DNA of 64,000 nt. It comes from an uncultured Bdellovibrionales bacterium. Its GTDB lineage: Bacteria; Patescibacteriota; Minisyncoccia; Moranbacterales; UBA9337. The stretch is from NCBI GenBank assembly GCA_964605525.1, contig CAZSCV010000006.1, positions 434-64,433 on the forward strand, given 5' to 3'. Below, piece after piece: positions 18,615-27,642 of the stretch. The translations under genes and the position numbers were made by a program. Each line of letters starts with the position of its first letter. Position 1 is the first letter of the stretch. The notes under the pieces are model-generated. The model made no database searches and had not been told where the DNA came from. It saw nothing but the letters and a program-made list of their open reading frames with translations.

Positions 18615-19733
18615 TTAACATTTCAACCAATCCAAAGTTTCCTTCGCGCATTTTTCCCAAGAAAACTTTTCCGCCTGGATTGCCCCCTTTTCAATCATCG
18701 TTTTTCGCAAATCCCCATCAGAAAGGATTTTTTTTATTTTTACAAACAATTCTTCCGAATCAAGCGCATTAAAATACTCCGCTGCTTCCCCTCCTGCCTC
18801 ACGCAAGCTTGAATTATCCGCAGCAATCACAGGAATCTTTGATGCCATCGCTTCCAAAATGGGAATTCCAAATCCTTCATACAAAGAAGGAAAAACAAAA
18901 ATGCCGGCATTGCGAAACAGCACCGCCAAGCTGGAAAAATCAACTCTCCCGGTCAAAACAATATCCTCTCGGAAAGGGCTTTTCTCCACTTTCTCAATCA
19001 CACCCTCCCACATCCACGCCTTGCTTCCTGCCAAAACCAACTTAATACTGCTATTCGTTTTATTTTTATATTTTTCAAATGCGCAAATCAAAGTCTCCAA
19101 ATTCTTACGAGGCTGAATAGCACCGACATACAATAAATAATCCTTGGATTGTAAATTGTGAGTTTTCAATATTTCCTTTTTTTTATTTTCAGAAATTTCG
19201 TTTTGAAATAATTTTCCGTCAAAACCATGATGAACCACTTTTATTTTTTTCTCATCAAAATGAGGATAAAATTTCAAAATATCCCTTTTCGTTGAATGAG
19301 AAATCGCAATTAATTTATCAGCATTTCCAACTGCCATATCCGTCAAAAAATTAATCTGCCTCAAATCCTTTTTCGGGAAACTTTCCGGAAAAATCTTGAA
19401 AGCCAAATCATGAATTGTTACTACCGTTTTCAGTCCAGATTTTCGAACCAAGGGAATATTATGCATCGGCATCCACAAAACATCCGGATTATCCCGCCAA
19501 AGAGATCCAGCGAATCCGGTTTGTGTCCAAAGACAAGGAGAGAAAACTTTTTTTATTTTGTAATTGGAAAAATTTTCCGGAACCAATTCCGGATTAAACT
19601 CCCGACGATGATAAATATCAAAATCATCGCCAAACCCCAATTTCCCAAAATATTTAAGCAAATTCAAAAGATAAACCCTTGTCCCGTCTATCCGTTTATT
19701 ATCCAAATCCGCCGCCTGAATCGCAATTTTCAT
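18615..19733 (-). CDS. Glycosyltransferase family 4 (mannosyltransferase-like)
   Basis: VTIHDL, YVGAIQPRKN, FPSLYEGFGIPILEAM. Confidence 0.93.
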   Translation of the reverse strand: MKIAIQAADLDNKRIDGTRVYLLNLLKYFGKLGFGDDFDIYHRREFNPELVPENFSNYKIKKVFSPCLWTQTGFAGSLWRDNPDVLWMPMHNIPLVRKSGLKTVVTIHDLAFKIFPESFPKKDLRQINFLTDMAVGNADKLIAISHSTKRDILKFYPHFDEKKIKVVHHGFDGKLFQNEISENKKKEILKTHNLQSKDYLLYVGAIQPRKNLETLICAFEKYKNKTNSSIKLVLAGSKAWMWEGVIEKVEKSPFREDIVLTGRVDFSSLAVLFRNAGIFVFPSLYEGFGIPILEAMASKIPVIAADNSSLREAGGEAAEYFNALDSEELFVKIKKILSDGDLRKTMIEKGAIQAEKFSWEKCAKETLDWLKC

Positions 19734-19789
19734 ATTACTAATTACTAATATATACAAATTTACGAATGATACTTATACCCTAAATTTAA

Positions 19790-19838
19790 GTCTTAAGTCT
19801 TAAGTCTTAAGTCTTAAGTCTTAAGTCTTAAGTCTTAC
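19790..19838. repeat. Tandem heptamer (GTCTTAA)6 + GTCTTAC
   Basis: Direct reading. Confidence 0.95.
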
Positions 19839-19845
19839 GTCTGTC

Positions 19846-20052
19846 TTACAACCCCAGTCCGGAATATGCCGAGCTCATCGTGCTCAAAAACCACGGAATA
19901 ATCGCAATCAAACCAATAAGCGGAAGCAAAACCGCCCCGATGGAAATTATCATCGTCCAAAGAAAATACTTGCGCGTTTTTTCCACAGAAACAAAAATCT
20001 GTTCCAATTTTTCATCTTGCTGTTTGAATTTTTCCAAAATATCTTGTTCCAT
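19846..20052 (-). CDS. Small single-TM hypothetical protein (68 aa)
   Basis: Charged helical N-terminus, SVEKTRKYFLWT, then a TM helix. Confidence 0.75.
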   Translation of the reverse strand: MEQDILEKFKQQDEKLEQIFVSVEKTRKYFLWTMIISIGAVLLPLIGLIAIIPWFLSTMSSAYSGLGL

Positions 20053-20258
20053 ATTTTTGTTTTGAATAAATTATTTATATCTATTTTACAAACTTCAATT
20101 TTCCGAAAAATAAAATCATTCTGGCAAGGACAAAATAATAAAATATTTTTCTTACACTGTCTTTGTGCAGTCAGGATAAATTATTTTTGCGCAAACCAAC
20201 CGAGCGTTTAAAATATATATCTACTAAATCCAAAAGGGACACTTGGAAGAAAAATATT

Positions 20259-21026
20259 TTATTGTTTTGTCCGGTTTAATTTTTCCGATCCTACATTCAG
20301 GTTCAGTTTCTGCAAAAATTCCGCCAATTCTTCGCCAACAAGCTCCCTCTTTTCTCCTGCATGCAAAGCGCCCAATTTAATACTCATTACTCTCGTCCTT
20401 TTCAAATCAAGCACCCGATAATCCAGCGCACTGCACATTCTCCTGATCTGATGGCGTTTTCCTTCAGAAAGAACAATACTAAAAGTATAATCATCTATTT
20501 TCCGAGCCTTGCACGGTTTGGTAATTTCTCCGCCCTCCAAATCCATTCCCCCGCAAACAATACGGAAAAACCGGTCCTTCAGTTTTTTGTCCACACGCAC
20601 TCGATATTCTTTTTCGTGGTCATATTTCGGATCAAGAAGTTTTCCTGTAATCCTTCCGTCATTAGTTGCGACAATAAGCCCGTGCGAATCCTTGTCGAGT
20701 CGCCCAACCGTAAAAACTCCCTCGGGAAAATCCGCAATATCTGCCACGCTTTTTTCTCCTTCAGCAGGACTCACTGTTACAATCCCTATGGGCTTGTTAA
20801 AGACAAAATATTGCAATTTCTTGAAATTTTTAACTTTCTTACTCACATCCACCTGGTCGCCTTCGGAAACCTTGTCCCCCACTTTGGCGTTTCTGCCGTT
20901 GATTTTTACCAACGAACGCGCCACCAAGACGTCTGCCTCCCGCCGGGAACAAATTCCTTTTTGCGCCAAATACTTGTTAATCCTCATCGGATACTCGTTT
21001 TTTTCTGCATTTTTAATTTCATTCAT
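20259..21026 (-). CDS. rRNA pseudouridine synthase, RsuA/RluB/RluF family
   Basis: S4 domain RINKYLA..G.CSRREAD, GRLDKDSHGL, EGKRHQIRRM. Confidence 0.95.
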   Translation of the reverse strand: MNEIKNAEKNEYPMRINKYLAQKGICSRREADVLVARSLVKINGRNAKVGDKVSEGDQVDVSKKVKNFKKLQYFVFNKPIGIVTVSPAEGEKSVADIADFPEGVFTVGRLDKDSHGLIVATNDGRITGKLLDPKYDHEKEYRVRVDKKLKDRFFRIVCGGMDLEGGEITKPCKARKIDDYTFSIVLSEGKRHQIRRMCSALDYRVLDLKRTRVMSIKLGALHAGEKRELVGEELAEFLQKLNLNVGSEKLNRTKQ

Positions 21027-21103
21027 ATAACAAATACTACACTAAACAGAGATTTATGCAAAGAGAAAATATCCAACGAAATAAATTGGTTTTTTATTTA
21101 ATG

Positions 21104-21174
21104 TTGGGGATGAGGGATTCGAACCCCCGATGCAAGGACCAGAACCTTGTGCCTTACCGCTTGGCTAATCCCCA
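21104..21174 (-). tRNA. tRNA-Gln (anticodon CTG)
   Basis: TGGGGAT/ATCCCCA acceptor (U1-A72), D-arm GCCAAGCGGTAAGGC, loop TTCTGGT, GGTTCGAATCC. Confidence 0.93.
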
Positions 21175-21419
21175 ATATTCAATTTTCAACACTTAATAAA
21201 TACTATACCAAACTTTTTCAAAAATCAAGAAAAAAGACAAATAAAAAATGCTACGGGATTTTCCAATAGCATTTGCTCGCTTGCGCGATAAGAAGACGAA
21301 TTGCCTTCTTTATGAAAAAGAACAAATTCTTTGCCTATATTTTCAGGATTTGTTTTTCGAGAGAAAAACAGGAATAAGATTCATTTGAACCTATTTCTTT
21401 CCTTTTTTCCTTTTTGAAA

Positions 21420-21885
21420 AAATAGACAAAGAGACCTGGGTCCCTTACTTTTCTAATCGATCAGCAAGGGACCCAACCCAGATAAGCACCGACAACAAGA
21501 GGGGGCAGTTTTTCGGGAGCACCAATATCTAAGCCCAATATCGATATTGGTTTTTACCCATAAAACTTCTATGGGGCTCCTAGCATCCGACCTTAGTCAT
21601 TTAACCTCCCCGCGGAAAATTTTCCGCTTTCTTCATCAGACATTGTCAGCAGTTGGTCTTGACCAGGCGAAGTGGTGAGGTCGCACAACATGAGCAAGTG
21701 ATCAGATAGGGTACTGGTCTTTGATGAACAACAACCATTTTTTCGGGTCGTCCGCGACAGGACGACCGGGGGGGAGGAACGAGATGCATCATATCACATT
21801 CTCCTTTGCCGGTAACGGCGGTTAAGGGTCCGGCTCCGGGCATTTACTCCCAGAGCGCAAACAAAACAAGGTACTTCGACTTGCA
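21420..21885 (-). ncRNA. Candidate ~450-nt structured transcript
   Basis: GC-rich island between a consensus promoter (21891-21919) and a 13-bp stem followed by U-rich sequence (21437-21475). Several internal hairpins. Confidence 0.45.
21646..21792 (-). CDS. Putative 48-aa Cys-rich small protein
   Basis: AAAGGAG SD ~8 nt before ATG 21792. MMHLVPPPRSSCRGRPEK...TCSCCATSPLRLVKTNC. Confidence 0.35.
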   Translation of the reverse strand: MMHLVPPPRSSCRGRPEKMVVVHQRPVPYLITCSCCATSPLRLVKTNC

Positions 21886-21890
21886 ACTTA

Positions 21891-21919
21891 ATAATAATCA
21901 CTTTAAAAAAATCTGTCAA
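21891..21919 (-). promoter_or_regulatory. sigma70-like promoter
   Basis: TTGACA-N17-TATTAT on -. Confidence 0.7.
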
Positions 21920-21932
21920 TATCAAGACAAGG

Positions 21933-22379
21933 TTATTGCGTTTTGTATTTTTTTTCGCCTTTGTCCATTATGACGGCGTAATCCCGCTCTATTCTTTGGA
22001 CACGTTTTTCCAAAATTTCCAATCTTTGAACATCTGCTTTACTTTTCAATTCCTTGCGCAGAATTTCGATTTCCTTTTTCACATCCTTGATCTCATCTTC
22101 AATCCTTTCTACATAATCAAAAACCATTCTGAACCCTTGAGCCATTTCATTCCTGATTTCTTTCAATTCACCGTCAAATCCGTCCATTCGTTTTTCCATA
22201 CTGCCCATCTTATCTTTCAATTCATCAATTCCTCTTGCTAAAATAGAATGACCTTCAGCTATTATTTTTATCTCATCCCTCATCTCTTCCAAAACAGCCA
22301 AAAACTTGCCCTCGGTAGAAATATTCAAAGGTTTCAATTTTTTCGCAACTTTTTTTCGTGCTTTTTTACTTTCCGACAT
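21933..22379 (-). CDS. Coiled-coil hypothetical protein
   Basis: Heptad-rich 148 aa, 4 bp downstream of ftsX. Confidence 0.8.
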   Translation of the reverse strand: MSESKKARKKVAKKLKPLNISTEGKFLAVLEEMRDEIKIIAEGHSILARGIDELKDKMGSMEKRMDGFDGELKEIRNEMAQGFRMVFDYVERIEDEIKDVKKEIEILRKELKSKADVQRLEILEKRVQRIERDYAVIMDKGEKKYKTQ

Positions 22380-22383
22380 TTTT

Positions 22384-23304
22384 TTATATTTTCAAATACC
22401 TTCGAATTGCAATAAAACTGCTGATCACTCCCAACAAAATTCCAAATGCCAAGACCGCTCCCGAAATCATCCAGAGATATTGAAAATAGAAAACGTGCAG
22501 GCTTTGCTCGGAAATTATTCTTCCCGCCAAAGAAGAAACAAATTTCGTTGTAAGCGGTAAAAGCGCAAGCGCAATCAAGGAACCGAAAAATCCGTACAAA
22601 ATTCCTTCAAAAATCATCGGCATTTGAATATACATATTTGAAGCGCCAACCAAGCGCATAATCTCAAACTCCTGCTTGCGGGAATACATCGACAAACGAA
22701 TCGTGTTGAATGTTATAAGTACTGAAATCAAAATAAAAATTCCTCCCAAAATCATTCCCGCTTTTCCCGCATCTTCCACCGCCACATTGATTTTTTCAAT
22801 ATCTTCTTTGTTTCTGGCATAATTAATTGAATTCACCTTATCCGCAAAAGAAGAGCTTTCCACGCGGGAAACAATTCCATCATATTTATTCGTATTATTT
22901 GCGGTTACAACCAAAGAAGAAAACAACGGATTATCTCCGATTTCATTAATAGCATCCAAAATAACCGGATCATCTCCGGTATTATTGATAAAATTATCCA
23001 GAGCTTGATCATTTGAAACAAATTCCACCGAAGCAACATCCGGAATACTTGCTACTTCTTGCCGAATCAAGTCCACATCCTCGGTAGAAACATCCGGATT
23101 CAAGTAAATACTGATATTGATATTATTTTTAATATTATTAACAATTGAATTTCCTGTTATTCCCAAAAGAGCCGTCGCACTTACAACATATAGCGACAAC
23201 GCCAAAATACTCACAGTGGCAAAACTGAGCCAAAAATTGTGAAAAAAATTATTCAATCCCTCCCTGAAAGTCCTCCCTAATTTTAAAAATTTTTCTTTAA
23301 GCAT
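22384..23304 (-). CDS. ftsX: Cell division permease FtsX
   Basis: 4 TM, NTIRLSMYSRKQEFEIMRLVGAS, adjacent to ftsE. Confidence 0.93.
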   Translation of the reverse strand: MLKEKFLKLGRTFREGLNNFFHNFWLSFATVSILALSLYVVSATALLGITGNSIVNNIKNNINISIYLNPDVSTEDVDLIRQEVASIPDVASVEFVSNDQALDNFINNTGDDPVILDAINEIGDNPLFSSLVVTANNTNKYDGIVSRVESSSFADKVNSINYARNKEDIEKINVAVEDAGKAGMILGGIFILISVLITFNTIRLSMYSRKQEFEIMRLVGASNMYIQMPMIFEGILYGFFGSLIALALLPLTTKFVSSLAGRIISEQSLHVFYFQYLWMISGAVLAFGILLGVISSFIAIRRYLKI

Positions 23305-23352
23305 TTTTTTATTTTTATAACTTACGCCGCGTATTTCCTATTCTTGCATTTT

Positions 23353-24033
23353 TCAACAAACATATTTTCCTTTTTTGCAATCACTCACAATCTTTCCCTT
23401 TTCCAGAGCCACCACTCGCTTGTTCAATTTGTCCACCACTTCTCGGTCATGAGTCGCTAAAATCACCGTCGTACCGAGATCGTTTATTTTCATCAATAAT
23501 TTAATAATATCCCAGCTGGAATTCGGATCCAAATTTCCCGTCGGTTCATCAGCCACGATAATTACCGGTCGGTGAATCAAAGCGCGCGCCAATGAAACTT
23601 TTTGGCGCTCTCCTCCGGAAAGTTGGTTGGGATATTTTTCCATTTTGTCAGCCAAGCCCACAATATCCAAAATTTCCGGAACTTCTTCATTGATCTCTTG
23701 TGTTGTTTTTCCAACCACTTCCAGAGCGTAAGAAACATTCTTAAAAACAGTTTTCTCGCTGAGCAATTTGAAATCTTGAAAAACCGTTCCAATGTTCCGC
23801 CGGTAATATGGCAAATGCTTTTTTTTGATTGTCGCCAAATCGCGCCCGTCAAAAAGAACTTGTCCGGAAGTCGGTTGCTCCTCGGCATACAAAAGTTTGA
23901 GCAAAGTGGATTTTCCCGCCCCGCTAGGACCGATTATTGTGACAAATTCCCCTTTCTCAATTTTTAAATCAATCCCGTCCAACGCCATAAAATCTCCGGG
24001 AAAAATTTTTACAATATTTTCATATCTAATCAT
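23353..24033 (-). CDS. ftsE: Cell division ATP-binding protein FtsE
   Basis: GPSGAGKST, RRNIGTVFQDFKLL, LSGGE, ADEPTGNLDP. Confidence 0.95.
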   Translation of the reverse strand: MIRYENIVKIFPGDFMALDGIDLKIEKGEFVTIIGPSGAGKSTLLKLLYAEEQPTSGQVLFDGRDLATIKKKHLPYYRRNIGTVFQDFKLLSEKTVFKNVSYALEVVGKTTQEINEEVPEILDIVGLADKMEKYPNQLSGGERQKVSLARALIHRPVIIVADEPTGNLDPNSSWDIIKLLMKINDLGTTVILATHDREVVDKLNKRVVALEKGKIVSDCKKGKYVC

Positions 24034-24061
24034 ATTTTTATATTTTAATTATACCATTTTT

Positions 24062-25157
24062 TTATTTTCCTGCAACCGCCGAAAAACGCAAATAACTTTC
24101 AATAAATTCTTCCAGCTCACCATCCAAAACCTTCTCCGGCTCGACAGTTTCAAACTTCGTTCGATGATCCTTGACCATCTTGTATGGATGCAAAACGTAA
24201 GATCGAATCTGGCTCCCCCACTCGGCACTGCGATACTCTCCTCTCAGTTTCTGCTTTTCAATTTCTTTTTCTTCCAAATATTTCTGATGAAGTTTGGCGC
24301 GCAAAATTTTCATCGCTTTTTCCTTATTCTGCAACTGCGACCGTTCGTTCTGACAAGTCACCACTATCCCGGAAGGGATGTGCGTAATTCTCACCGCACT
24401 ATCAGTCGTATTTACACTCTGTCCGCCGGCACCCGATGAACGATACACATCCACTCGAGTATCAGAATCTTTAATTTGAACCTCTTTTATCTCTTCAATC
24501 ACCGGCAGAACCTCCACCAAAGCAAAAGAAGTTTGACGCAAATTATCCGAATTAAACGGAGAGAGTCGCACCAACCGATGCGTTCCAGCCTCTCCTTTGA
24601 GCTTTCCATATGCCCACGCTCCATCAATTTCCATTGTTGCACTTTTGATTCCCGCCTCAGCGCCACGCGACTCATCAATTATTTTTGCCTTAAAGTTATT
24701 CTTTTCCGCAAACCGCAAATACATTCGAAGCAACATCTCAGTCCAATCCTGAGCATCAACTCCTCCGGCACCGGCATGAAGCGCCAAAATAACGTTATTG
24801 CGGTCATATTCACCGGAAAGCAAAATTTGAAATTCCAATTTTGCAAGTTCTTTTTCTAATTTTCCCAATTCTTTTTCAATTTCCTCTTCTTCTTCCTTGC
24901 CATGTGCGGCTAATGAAAATTCCCCTAAATAATCCACCCATTGTTCTATTTTTTCAAAATCATCCACTTCCTTTTTTAGATTTTCCGATTCTTTCATAAC
25001 CTCCCCGGCAAAGCGCGCATCATCCCAAAAATCAACCTGCGCCGATTTTTCTTCCAATTCAAGAATTTTCTGTTTTTTTTGTGGCAAGTCAAAGATATTC
25101 CCGAAGTTTCGGGATTTTATTTTGCAACTCTTCTAATTTTTGTTTAACATTATCCAT
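24062..25157 (-). CDS. prfB: Peptide chain release factor 2 with +1 programmed frameshift at CTT-TGA-C (25094-25088)
   Basis: ATG 25157 opens 22 codons ending TAT CTT TGA C. The +1 frame continues DLPQKK... and contains the SPF and GGQ motifs. Confidence 0.96.
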
Positions 25158-25161
25158 AATT

Positions 25162-25908
25162 TTATATTTCTAAATATAACAATCCAAACATCAGAATAAC
25201 ACCCGCAATAAGAAATATCAAATGACCTAGGGATTTTTTTGTATCATCTTCTTTGTGCAGCTGTGGAATCAAATCTGAAGCGGCAATATATATAAAACCG
25301 CCCGCAGTAAAAGGAATCAGAAATGAAACTATGTTCTCAGAAACATTACCGACAACCAAAATTAAAATAGCTCCGAGAATCGCTGTCAAAGCTGTGAGAA
25401 AATTAAAAAACAAGGCTTTTGCCCTTGAAAAACCTCCGTAAACCAAAGATCCGAAATCTCCAATTTCTTGGGGAATTTCATGAAAAATAATCGCAACCGA
25501 TGTTGCAATTCCAACCGGAACACTTACCAAAAAACTGGCAGCTACCACCATTCCGTCAACGAAATTATGCAACGAATCGCCGACTAAAATATTATACGTG
25601 AAAGGATGCGGGTGATTCTCGCAAGCTCTCCGATGGCAATGACGCCAATGTACAATCTTTTCCAAAATAAAAAATATTAAAATCCCCAAAAGAACATATA
25701 CAGAAACTGAAACCGGACTTTTTGCATTATCATAGGCTTCCGGAATCAAATGGATAAAAGCATCACCCAAAAGCGTTCCGGCAGAAAAACTCACTAAAAA
25801 CAAGAGCCGGCGATACAGCTTTTCCTGATTCCAAGATAAAGTAAAAATACCGACAAGGGATATCAGGCTAATAATCAATACTGAAGCTAAAACATAAATC
25901 CAAATCAT
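25162..25908 (-). CDS. ZIP family metal (zinc) transporter
   Basis: AGTLLGDAFIHLIPE, HWRHCH, GDSLHNFVDG, HEIPQEIGD. Confidence 0.93.
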   Translation of the reverse strand: MIWIYVLASVLIISLISLVGIFTLSWNQEKLYRRLLFLVSFSAGTLLGDAFIHLIPEAYDNAKSPVSVSVYVLLGILIFFILEKIVHWRHCHRRACENHPHPFTYNILVGDSLHNFVDGMVVAASFLVSVPVGIATSVAIIFHEIPQEIGDFGSLVYGGFSRAKALFFNFLTALTAILGAILILVVGNVSENIVSFLIPFTAGGFIYIAASDLIPQLHKEDDTKKSLGHLIFLIAGVILMFGLLYLEI

Positions 25909-25999
25909 ACAGATAATTTACAATTTTCAATTTTCAATTTTCATTGAATTTTTAATTGATCAATTTTTCAATTTTAAAACTCAATAAATAATTAATACT

Positions 26000-26521
26000 T
26001 TAAAAAATATAGTTTTTGATTAGTTCAATATGCTCCGCTTCAACTTTTGCAAGTGCGGTAAAGAAAATTTTTATTTTTTGTTCATCCGCTTCTTTGGCAA
26101 ATTTGGAATATAATCCTGTTGCATGTTCCTCGAGTTCAATTGTTTTTTTGAAATTTTCAAGATCTTTATCCGAACATTGTTCGGTCAAACCTTCAGGCAT
26201 CGCGATTTTCAAAAATTTCGTCGCGATTGTTGCGTGTTCAAGCTCAACTTTTGCCAACCGCTTGTACATTTTTTCAATTTCATAAGAGGATGCTTTTCCT
26301 GCCATGCAAAGATAAATCGCATTAGCTTTCATTTCCAAATCCAGCGTTTCCATTAGATTTTTTTTTGAAGCTTCGCCGATTTCACCTTCTCTTTTGAAAA
26401 AAGGCTTGGCTTCACTGCCAGGTTTGATATAATAGTGATCTGCTCCGCAAAAAGGACACTTCGACGGCGCCTCCGTGCCCAAATAAGCATCTCCGCAAAT
26501 TTCACAAACAAATGTTTTCAT
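26000..26521 (-). CDS. Reverse-rubrerythrin-like protein (rubredoxin-like + ferritin-like di-iron domain)
   Basis: CEICG..CPFCG at the N-terminus, two ExxH motifs (ELEH, EAEH). Confidence 0.85.
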   Translation of the reverse strand: MKTFVCEICGDAYLGTEAPSKCPFCGADHYYIKPGSEAKPFFKREGEIGEASKKNLMETLDLEMKANAIYLCMAGKASSYEIEKMYKRLAKVELEHATIATKFLKIAMPEGLTEQCSDKDLENFKKTIELEEHATGLYSKFAKEADEQKIKIFFTALAKVEAEHIELIKNYIF

Positions 26522-26569
26522 CTTGATTATATTGCTATATTGTTATATTGTTAAATTGTTTTAATTTTT

Positions 26570-26642
26570 GCCACCTTAGCTCAGTTGGCAGAGCAATGCA
26601 CTCGTAACGCATAGGTCCGGAGTTCGATTCTCCGAGGTGGCT
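26570..26642 (+). tRNA. tRNA-Thr (anticodon CGT)
   Basis: GCCACCT/AGGTGGC acceptor, TAGCTCAGTTGGCAGAGC, loop CTCGTAA, GTTCGATTC. Confidence 0.93.
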
Positions 26643-26668
26643 CATATTCAAAAACTTTACAAAAAATA

Positions 26669-27574
26669 TTAAACGCCTGCCGTTTTTTTCAGATCCTCCC
26701 ATTTTTTATCAATATTATTCTGGATCATTTCGATTATTTTTTTGTTTTCCGGCTTGAAAAGATGCTTGAATCTTTTTTGTGTTTGCAAAAAATCTTCAAT
26801 CGGTTTTCTATTTTTCACTTCCAAATTAATTTTATAATCACCATTTTCTATTTCAAAAAGTGGCCAAAAATTCGTTTCAGTTGCCAATTTTCCAATACGC
26901 ACATACTGCGAAGTTGGATATTTCCAAACATTGGTGCAAGGTTGCAGTACGAGTAAAAATGAAGGACCGTTTGTTTCGAAAGCTTTTTTGGCTTTTTTGG
27001 CGAGATCTTCAATATACGCCACATTGGATTGCGCCAAATATTTCACATGGTGCGCCGCTACAATTTGCATAATATCCTTGCGTTCCGTTTGATTTCCAAA
27101 AGACTCTTTCCCGGCTGGAGTAGTTTCCATATTTGCCCCCATTGGAGTTGCTCCTGATCTTTGTCCGCCGGTATTCATATACCCCTGGTTATCATACGCC
27201 ACATATAAAACCTGATGACCGCGCTCAAGCATTCCGGAAAGCGCTTGCAATCCAATGTCATATGTTCCACCATCCCCTCCGAAAGCCACAATTTTAACAT
27301 TATCCTTCACCACTCCTTTTCTTTTTAAGACTTTCAGTGCCGCCTCTACCCCGGAAGCTGTCGCGCCGGCATTTTCAAAAGCATTGTGGATGTAAGGAAC
27401 TTTCCAGGCTGAATATGGGTGAAGCGTTGTAGTCACTTCCAAACAACCGGTTGCATTAATCACCACCACCGGATCATCGGTTGCGCCCAAAACCGTCCGC
27501 ACAATCGCCGGAATCCCACACCCCGCGCAAGTAGAATGTCCCGGCGCCAATTTTTCAGTTAGTTTTTTATTCAT
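26669..27574 (-). CDS. porB: Pyruvate:ferredoxin oxidoreductase beta subunit
   Basis: PGHSTCAGCG, TPP motif GGDGGTYDIG...DNQGYMNTG. Confidence 0.92.
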   Translation of the reverse strand: MNKKLTEKLAPGHSTCAGCGIPAIVRTVLGATDDPVVVINATGCLEVTTTLHPYSAWKVPYIHNAFENAGATASGVEAALKVLKRKGVVKDNVKIVAFGGDGGTYDIGLQALSGMLERGHQVLYVAYDNQGYMNTGGQRSGATPMGANMETTPAGKESFGNQTERKDIMQIVAAHHVKYLAQSNVAYIEDLAKKAKKAFETNGPSFLLVLQPCTNVWKYPTSQYVRIGKLATETNFWPLFEIENGDYKINLEVKNRKPIEDFLQTQKRFKHLFKPENKKIIEMIQNNIDKKWEDLKKTAGV

Positions 27575-27642
27575 ATCCCTACAAAATTACAAATCAATTA
27601 CAAATATACAAAAACTATTCCCCTATCTCTCTTCCAAAATTA

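Noticed and set aside
19790-19838. Possible CRISPR array
   Set aside because: Pure 7-bp tandem repeat with no spacers, and no cas genes in the window.
20117-20178. Weak inverted repeat in an intergenic region
   Set aside because: Short, heavily interrupted pairing that I cannot distinguish from chance or a weak terminator.
24062-25157. prfB as a truncated gene or pseudogene
   Set aside because: The canonical CTT-TGA-C programmed frameshift explains the break.
26525-26562. 8-bp tandem ATTGTTAT as another TrpR-like site
   Set aside because: Only a loose AT-rich resemblance, and it overlaps divergent promoter sequence.
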